This document shows, in pieces, positions 34,870-64,000 of a stretch of 64,000 nt of DNA. The DNA lies in contig NIVC01003197.1 in assembly GCA_002269645.1 (NCBI GenBank), forward strand, positions 48,433 to 112,432. Reading direction: 5' to 3'. The stretch comes from Macrostomum lignano. Lineage: Eukaryota. Position numbers and translations under genes: made by a program. Position 1 is the first letter of the stretch. Each line of letters begins with the position of its first letter. Below the pieces are notes generated by a model, which worked only from the letters and a program-made list of their open reading frames with translations, searched no databases and had not been told where the DNA came from.

Positions 34870-35015
34870 TTCTGTCTATCTGTCATAGTGTCTGTCTGTC
34901 TGTCTATCTGTCATAGTGTCTGTCTGTCTGTCTATCTGTCATAGTGTCTCTCTGTCTGTCTGTGTCTCTGTCTGTCTGTCTGTCTATCTGTCTGTCTCTG
35001 TCTGTCTGTCTGATT
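33808..35015. repeat. (GACA)n and (TCTG)n microsatellite blocks between TREX-B and NSUN2
   Basis: (GACA)n at 33808-34000 and (TCTG)n at 34394-35015, in opposite orientation around a unique core. Confidence 0.9.
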
Positions 35016-35214
35016 ATGTATCTGTCGCTGTCTTTCCCTGACCACAAATCTCTTTTCTGTCGTCACTAAGCGCGTATCAGTAGAGTTTACTGCCTGAATA
35101 GATGAGCCAAATCTGTAAACTGATAACACCCTCCCGTCTCCCAAAAACGGTGGCATTCCAGCCGCATCGCGATTCGCACAGGGCCCTCATCTGCCAGCCA
35201 GCTAGTCCGGAACC

Positions 35215-38200
35215 ATGGGCCGCCGCAAGCGCAACATAGCGGAGGCCAAGGACCTCTACGACAACTCCAAGGAGTCCAACGCCCTGTTTGAGAAGTACTA
35301 CACGGCCCAGGGCATGCTGCCCGAGGCTGAGTGGCCGGCCTTCATGACCGCCATGCGGGAGGGCCTGCCTGTCACATTCCGAATCACCGGTTTCCGTGGT
35401 CACAGCCAGAGTCTGCTCAAGCTGCTGCGCACTCGCTACCTGGAGGACCTGCTCAGCCTGACTGACATTCGACCGCCTGAGCCGCTGCCCTGGTATCCGA
35501 GTGAGCTGGGGCGGCAGGGGATGGAGGAGCCAGTCTCACTGGGAGTCACTCAGATCGCCTACTAACAAGTAGCGAGAGCAGGATGTGAAGATCATCTCAT
35601 GCATGTAGCTTAAAGTTTGTATCTTGCAGAAAGATAGGATGGATTTTCCATGGATTTTCCATTTAACGACGAGAATTTCTAGTGGTATTGTAATAATACT
35701 AATTGATTACACCTGCCCTATGGGCAGATGTGCAACCGACAGCTCAGCCGCAGCTATTGCACGGCGCATCTGAAGATCCATTTTACAGCTAAGTGAACTG
35801 AAGCAATGCAGAGTTAAGTGTCTTGCTCGAGGACACAAATTGTTCCAAGTGGGTCGAGAATCGAACCCCCGACCTTTCAGTCGTGAATCCTAAGCTACAA
35901 TCCCCCTCGTACCCCGCCTAGAGGTATAAAATTAAGAACTAGACTAAAGAATCCTCCGCGACCTCGCGTGACCCCGCAGGCGGCATGGCCTACCAGCTGC
36001 ACACGAACCGGCTGGCTATTCGCAAAATCAACGAGCTCCAGCGATTGCACAGCTTCCTGGTGACCGAGACCGAGACCGGCCACATCACCCGGCAGGAGGC
36101 CGTCTCCATGGTGCCGCCGCTGGTGCTGGACGTGCGCTCCAGCCACCGGGTGCTGGACATGTGCGCCGCGCCCGGCTCCAAGACCGGCCAGATGCTCGAG
36201 CTGCTGCACCGTGGCGACGACAGCGAGGCTGGACGGAGCTCTGGCGAGCTGCCCGACGGTTGGTGCTGGATGAGCAACTTTTTAGCGTCAGTCTGATTGC
36301 ACAAGTCCGACACAAGTCAGTGCATAGTGTCTGACACAAGTCTCAGTGCATAGTGTCTGACACACGTCAATGCATAGTGTCTGACACAAGTCTCAATGCA
36401 CAGCGTCTGACACAAGTCTCAGTGCATAGGTGTCTGACACAAGTCTCAGTGCATAGTGTCTGACACAAGTCTCAGTGCATAGTGTCTGACACAAGTCTCA
36501 ATGCACAGCGTCTGACACAAGTCTCAGTGCATAGGTGTCTGACACAAGTCTCAGTGCATCGTGTCTGACACAAGTCTCAATGCACAGCGTCTGACACAAG
36601 TCTCAGTGCATAGTGTCTGACACAAGTCTCAGTGCATAGTGTCTGACACAAGTCAATAAATAGTGTCTGACACAAGTTAATGAATAGTGTCTGACACAAG
36701 TCTCAATGCACAGCGTCTGACACAAGTCTCAGTGAATAGTGTCTGACACAAGTCTCAGTGCATAGTGTCTGACACAAATCTCAGTGCATAGTGTCTGACA
36801 CACGTCAATGCATAGTGTCTGACACAAGTCAGTGCATAGTGCCATTACAGTGTCTGACACAAGTTACTACCTAATTGTCTGACAAGTCAGTACAGTGTTT
36901 GACAAGACAGTACAGTGTCTGACACAAGTCAGTACAATGTCTGACACAAGTCAGTACAGTGTCTGACAAGTCAGTACAGTGTCCGACACGAGTCAGAGTC
37001 AAAGTTCCTGACACAAGTCCTCACAATGTCTGACACAAGCTTCCCGCCAATTGCAGGCCTAATCGTGGCAAATGACGTGGACCAGCGCCGGGCCTACATG
37101 ATGGTGCACCAGCTCAAGAGGCTGCAGAGCCCCTGCTTTGTGGTCTGCGCCCACGACTCCAGCGTGTTCCCCCGGCTCCGCCTGGAGCCCGACGGCCCGC
37201 CGCTGCTGTTCGACCGCGTGCTGGCCGACGTCCCCTGCTCTGGCGACGGCACGGCGCGCAAAAATCCCGGCGTCTGGCGCCGCTGGAAGCCCGGGCACGC
37301 CAACAACCTGCACCTGACTCAGGCCAAGATACTCAAGCGAGGACTCGAACTGCTCGCTGTTGGCGGCCGGCTTGTGTACTCAACCTGCAGCCTGAACCCT
37401 GTAGAGAATGAGGCTGTTGTGGGCAAGCTGCTGCTGGAGACTGAGGGCTCTGTGGAACTGGTGAGCTGCTGGGGCTGGCTAACCGCAGCCTCTTGGTAGG
37501 TTTGAGTAATAACTAAGCAGGTTTTCGAATAAGATTTTGTGATAGCTGAGTGAGAGTCTGAGATATCACAGTGAGATTATGTGATATCTGAGTGGGATTC
37601 TGGGATATCTGAGTGGGATTCTGGGATATCTGAGTGGGATTCTGGAATAGCTGAGTGGGATTCTGGGATATCTGAGTGGGATTATGGGATATCTGAGTGG
37701 GATTCTGGGATATCTGAGTGAGATTATGGGATATCTGAGTGAGATTATGGGATATCTGAGTGAGATTATGGGATATCTGAGTGGGATTCTGGGATATCTG
37801 AGTGAGATTATGGGATATCTGAGTGGGATTCTGGGATATCTGAGTGGGATTCTGGGATATCTGAGTGAGATTCTGGGATATCTGAGTGGGATTCTGGGAT
37901 ATCTGAGTGAGATTATGGGATATCTGAGTGGGATTCTGGGATATCTGAGTGAGATTATGGGATATCTGAGTGGGATTCTGGGATATCTGAGTGAGATTAT
38001 GGGATATCTGAGTGGGATTCTGGAATATCTGAGTGAGATTATGGGATATCTGAGTGAGATTATGGGATATCTGAGTGAGATTATGGGATATCTGAGTGAG
38101 ATTCTGGGATATCTGAGTGGGATTCTGGGATATCTGAGTGAGATTATGGGATATCTGAGTGAGATTATGGGATATCTGAGTGAGATTATAGGATATCTGA

Positions 38201-41111
38201 GTGGGATTCTGGGATATCTGAGTGGGATTCTGGGATATCTGAGTGGGATTCTGGGATATCTGAGTGAGATTATGGGATATCTGAGTGAGATTATGGGATA
38301 TCTGAGTGAGATTATGGGATATCTGAGTGGGATTCTGGGATATCTGAGTGAGATTATGGGATATCTGAGTGGGATTCTGGGATATCTGAGTGGGATTCTG
38401 GGATATCTGAGTGAGATTATGGGATATCTGAGTGGGATTCTGGGATATCTGAGTGAGATTATGGGATATCTGAGTGAGATTATGGGATATCTGAGTGGGA
38501 TTCTGGGATATCTGAGTGGGATTCTGGGATATCTGAGTGAGATTATGGGATATCTGAGTGAGATTATGGGATATCTGAGTGAGATTATAGGATATCTGAG
38601 TGGGATTCTGGGATATCTGAGTGGGATTCTGGGATATCTGAGTGGGATTCTGGGATATCTGAGTGGGATTCTGGGATATCTGAGTGGGATTCTGGAATAT
38701 CTGAGTGAGATTATGGGATATCTGAGTGAGATTATGGGATATCTGAGTGAGATTATGGGATATCTGAGTGGGATTCTGGGATATCTGAGTGAGATTCTGG
38801 GATATCTGAGTGGGATTCTGGGATATCTGAGTGGGATTCTGGGATATCTGAGTGGGATTCTGGGATATCTGAGTGGGATTCTGGGATATCTGAGTGGGAT
38901 TCTGGAATATCTGAGTGAGATTATGGGATATCTGAGTGAGATTATGGGATATCTGAGTGAGATTATGGGATATCTGAGTGGGATTCTGGGATATCTGAGT
39001 GGGATTCTGGGATATCTGAGTGGGATTCTGGGATATCTGAGTGGGATTCTGGGATATCTGAGTGGGATTCTGGGATATCTGAGTGAGATTATGGGAAATC
39101 TGAGTGAGATTATGGGATATCTGAGTGAGATTATGGGATATCTGAGTGAGATTATGGGATATCTGAGTGAGATTATGGGATATCTGAGTGAGATTATGGG
39201 ATATCTGAGTGAGATTATGGGATATCTGAGTGGGATTCTGGGATATCTGAGTGGGATTCTGGGATATCTGAGTGGGATTCTGGGATATCTGAGTGGGATT
39301 CTGGGATATCTGAGTGAGATTATGGGATATCTGAGTGGGATTCTGGGATATCTGAGTGGGATTCTGGGATATCTGAGTGGGATTCTGGGATATCTGAGTG
39401 AGATTATGGGATATCTGAGTGGGATTCTGGGATAGTTGAGTGGGATTGCGAGATTAATTCAGGTACTAAGATAAATTACAATAGGTTAAGGTTCAAATTC
39501 TTGAAATTGGTTGCTATGTACAATCGCCAGGTGGACGTCAGGCCCTTGCTGCCGGGCTTCAAATCTCTCCCGGGGCTGTCCAGCTGGAAGGTGATGGGCG
39601 CTAACGGCACGCTGTTTGAGAAGTACTCGGATGTGCCTGTGGGCCGCGACCACGCCTACCTGCGCCCGTCGTTCTTTGACGAAGGCTACAAAGACCTGCC
39701 GATGGAGCGCTGCATGCGGGTGCTGCCCCACCTGCAGGACACCGGCGGCTTCTTCGTTGCCGCGCTGGAGAAGCGGCGCCACCTGCCCTGGATGAACCCC
39801 GCCAAGTGGGACGCGGCGGCGGCCACAGCGGCTGCTGCGGATGCCTGCGCTCAGGATGGAGGCGCAGTTCAAGCGGCCACTGGAGATGGTAAGCCGGCAC
39901 TGCCGCTTGCAGCTGTTTCAGGCTGGCTCACTTTGGTGCCTGGTATGCTCTGTGATGTTTTAGTTTTAGGTGTCAGGTGTTATTGCCTATTAATGGTAGT
40001 GTCATGAGGTACAGGTTGTCAGCAGTGTCTGGTAAAGTTGTCAGATGCAGGCTGTCTTAGGGTCAGTTGTGTCGGGTGTAGTCGTCAAAAGTGTCAGTCA
40101 AAGTTGTCAATACTGTCAGGAGCAGCTGTCAATACTGTCAGGTGCAGCTGTCAATACTGTCAGGTGCAGCTGTCAATACTGTCAGGTGCAGCTGTCAATA
40201 CTGTCAGGTGCAGCTGTCAATACTGTCAGGTGCAGCTGTCAATACTGTCAGGCGCAGCTGTCAATACTGTCAGGTGCAGCTGTCAGCAGTGAGGCGCATC
40301 GGATCATTTCCCAAACATTCCCAGCCGCTCCAGCCGGTGATGCAGCAGCCGCAGACTCATCGGGGCGGCCGCAGTCGCCGAAGTCCAAGCGGCGCCGCTT
40401 CAACGAGGATCCGTTCCTGTTCATGGGCCCCGAGCACCCGGTGTGGCGCGGCATCTCCGAGACCTTCGGCATCGACAGCGGCCGGTTCCCCTGCGGCAAC
40501 GTGCTGTACCGCTGCGAGACCTCCAAGAAGCGGCACCTGTACCTGGTGAACGACTGCGCCAGGCGGCTGGTGCAGGGCAACCCGGAGCTCAAGACCGTCA
40601 ACATGGGCATCAAGATCTTCTCTGTGTGCGACGACGCCGAGTACAAAGGCTACAGGCCGCTGCAGGAGGGCCTGAGCCTGCTGGAGCCCTTCATCACCCT
40701 GCGCCGCATCCGGGTGCCCCGCTGCGATCTGCTGGTGCTGCTTGAGCACGAGCTGCCGTTCTCCGACCGGTTCACCGAGGCCACCAGGACGGCCTGGCGG
40801 CCCTGACTCTCGGCCCGGTCGTCATCGACTATCGGCGAGACGGCGAGGACGCCCAACAGCTGCCGGACGTGGACCTCTGCCTGGCCGGCTGGCGTGGCCG
40901 CACCACCCTGCGGGCGTACATGAACCGGCACGAGCGGCTGCACCTCACCCGCATGTGCGGAGTTGAAGATCTGGTTGAAATCCGCGGCAAAACTGCTGGC
41001 CAGGGCGACGGCGAGGGCGACGACGAGGACGGCCCGTCCGATGACGAGGAGGCTGTGGAGCCTCCGGCTGCGGCAGCGGCGGCCGATGGCAACGACGGGG
41101 AGGCGGAGTGA
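35215..41111 (+). CDS. NSUN2: RNA cytosine-C5 methyltransferase NSUN2/Trm4, 5 exons, one apparent 1-nt frameshift near 40797
   Basis: Exons 35215-35500, 35980-36258, 37057-37460, 39531-39888, 40325-41111. Motifs [65 protein letters not shown]. The C-terminal [20 protein letters not shown] lies in a shifted frame. Confidence 0.93.
35706..35906 (-). mobile_element. tRNA-derived CORE-like SINE, internally deleted copy (NSUN2 intron 1)
   Basis: Reverse complement matches the 62315 copy: B box GGTTCGATTCTC, GTGTCCTCGAGCAAGACACTTAAC, CTGTAAAATGG, 3' GCAATAGCTGCGGCTGAGCTGTCGGTTGCACATCTG. Confidence 0.85.
36300..37040. repeat. ~24-26-bp minisatellite (NSUN2 intron 2)
   Basis: Unit GTGTCTGACACAAGTCTCAGTGCATA and variants. 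Confidence 0.9.
37555..39445. repeat. 21-bp two-variant minisatellite, about 90 copies (NSUN2 intron 3)
   Basis: Units GGGATATCTGAGTGGGATTCT and GGGATATCTGAGTGAGATTAT interleaved. Confidence 0.96.
40095..40290. repeat. 22-bp minisatellite (NSUN2 intron 4)
   Basis: Unit CTGTCAATACTGTCAGGTGCAG. Confidence 0.9.
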
Positions 41112-41342
41112 CTCGGGACTCGTATACGAAATTTTAAACAAAATACTGCTAAGCCAATGCCTTGTGGTTCATCTCTATTTTGGCGAATTGCATTTTTTTA
41201 TTCAAAATTAAACATCATAATTATCAGCGTGAGCTGCTGAGTTTGGGTGACTCCGTGACTATGAAATCTGCACTGCAGTCTCATTGCCTTCTTCTGTCTG
41301 TGCCTTCTAAGACTGTGAGCACCTGGCTGGACACCTGCTTTA

Positions 41343-41712
41343 CACCTGAGCTATTCAGCCAGTCACCTGAGCTATTCAGCCAGTCACCTGAGCTATTCAG
41401 CCAGTCACCTGAGCTATTCAGCCACACACCTGAGCTATTCAGCCATTCACCTGAGCTATTCAGCCAGACACCTGAGCTATTCAGCCAGTCACCTGAGCTA
41501 TTCAGCCACACACCTGAGCTATTCAGCCACACACCTGAGCTATTCAGCCATTCACCTGAGCTATTCAGCCAGTCACCTGAGCTATTCAGCCAGTCACCTG
41601 AGCTATTCAGCCAGTCACCTGAGCTATTCAGCCAGTCACCTGAGCTATTCAGCCAAACACCTGAGCTATTCAGCCAGTCACCTGAGCTATTCAGCCAGTC
41701 ACCTGAGCTATC
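41343..41712. repeat. 21-bp minisatellite downstream of NSUN2
   Basis: Unit CACCTGAGCTATTCAGCCAGT, about 17 copies. Confidence 0.92.
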
Positions 41713-43086
41713 GCATGGCATTCAAATGCAGTTAAAATCACAGCAAACCGTCGCTTCCGTGATGCCAAGATTATTTCCGCCTGTTGAACTTGCAGCAGGC
41801 TCGCTCAGTCGGTTTAGCTTCGGTCACGCGAATTCCTTTTTTCAAGCTCGGAGCGAAATTGAACCAGTAAGAGGTTGCTACGTCCAAGTGGCACTCGGAA
41901 ACCTCGGAACTTTTCTCCGCAATTTTAACTGCCAGTCGATATTGACTTGAGCCACTTTTATTTATTGCGAACACTACCTCGCATTTTTGCTAGAAAAAAT
42001 TATAATCAAGATTTGACGTCATTTTGCTCCATAGAAGGAAAAGTCCCACTGCAGGGTGCAATTATTATTTTCAGCAATGGAAAATATTTGACCGCCTGGC
42101 TTCACCCGATCAGAGAAGTCCAGGCGTTACGCTTAGCACAGGAACAATGCCCTCCCCCCCTTGAAATTTAAGAGGCTCGCTTGCTTATCGATACTCTCCA
42201 TATCGGCTCCCCTGACTGCACGTCCGCTTGCTGCATGCAGCTGTATCAGGCCCAGGCTGGACCAACACTGCCCCCCCCCCCCCAGCTCGTCAGGCTCGGC
42301 CAAGTCAAGTGTGAGCAACTGCAGGCAGACTGCAAGGGGACCACGGGAAGAGAATTTGGTTTGGAATTGTAAAGCAGGGCGAGAATACAATGCGTAAAAT
42401 CCGCTGTAAAAATGAGTAGAGTGGGGTCGGGAGAGCAGGCAGGAGCTGGGGGTTGGCGGGGGGCTCGCGAGCCGCAATTGGCTGCTGGCTCTGCACTCCG
42501 ACAGGTTTCCAAGGGGCGACGGGAGGAAGGGGGGATCCGGGCTGCAAGGGTAAAAAAATGCCGAGTCGGTGGGCTGCTGGGTGCGGACCCATTGTTCCAC
42601 ACGACTCTGCTACTTTGAGATCTGCGCTTGCCCGATCGGCTCCGTCAACTACTGATGAAGCTTTCTGCAGCTTCCAGCTTAATTTCTTGCGCTTGAACTC
42701 TTCCAGGTAACTGAGGGTGTCTGCTTCAGTACAGGTGAGTCTGGGATGGGGATTCGTTGCTAGCAGGAGCAAGGATTTCTGGTTAGTTGCTAGAGAACAT
42801 TTAGCAAAACATTTTTTCTAGGAATCAAAATGGGAATTCAAATTAATTATTTTTACTGATTTTTCCTCCTAGTGGTCAGGTGTGTTAACCAGAGCAGGTA
42901 GGTAGCAGCAATACCTGCTGAAGTACTTTACCGCTCAATATAAAATCCCTTGGGCAGAAAACGGTAAAAAAACCTGCGCACGTGTGCAGCTGCATTTTCT
43001 GCTCATCCCTGACCTCTCGCTCCTTGCCTTGCATGCAGCCGAATCGCCTTCAGCACCTGCAGCCCTACTGAGATTGAGGCCGCGCC

Positions 43087-63838
<20,752 letters not shown>

Positions 63839-64000
63839 GTGAGACAAAGGGCCAAATTAGGTTAACTATCTAGCGAAAATCAAGAAGCACGTCATTTAAC
63901 TGACGTCTTGAGCCGCGCTCTAGACTCCCAGATATACATTTACATATGTGTACAATTCTCTGTAAAAAAATTCTGATCTAATGGTGAAAATCGGTTGAGC

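Noticed and set aside
33808-35015. Fold-back element formed by (GACA)n and (TCTG)n
   Set aside because: Inverted microsatellites with no unique TIR or TSD; both tracts are common in this window.
37684-39435. 583-aa ORF ([14 protein letters not shown])
   Set aside because: A 21-bp repeat inside NSUN2 intron 3; the flanking exons join in phase without it.
41162-41950. 262-aa ORF with PELFSQS repeats
   Set aside because: Driven by a 21-bp tandem repeat; flanks lack coding-like composition and splice support.

Overview
Eukaryotic (metazoan) genomic DNA: GC-rich multi-exon genes, AT-rich spacers, and introns packed with intron-specific mini/microsatellites. The style suggests a free-living flatworm such as Macrostomum (inference only). 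Genes reconstructed by hand from splice sites and protein motifs: a 5-exon cytosolic alpha-carbonic anhydrase on the minus strand, then a co-oriented plus-strand run of CARHSP1-like cold-shock protein, TRAF7-like RING/zinc-finger/WD40 protein, two tandem TREX-like DEDDh 3'-5' exonuclease units, NSUN2 and an otoferlin-like ferlin that runs off the right end. Mobile DNA: a hAT-type TIR element carrying a Ty3/Gypsy RT relic that is itself interrupted by a tRNA-derived SINE; a 9-bp-TSD MITE; a second hAT-like element; a 2.7-kb CCC-ended TIR element carrying a BEN-domain-like ORF; two copies of a CORE-like SINE; a Tc1/mariner remnant. Most interesting: (1) the tandem TREX pair, which can be joined in frame by a 13-nt microexon into a two-domain exonuclease; (2) an ATG-less phase-0 acceptor that fits spliced-leader-donated AUG and operon-like expression; (3) the BEN-cargo transposon. 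Several 1-2 nt frameshifts in NSUN2 and the ferlin are more likely assembly errors than real lesions. No CRISPR array, rRNA or genuine tRNA gene was seen.
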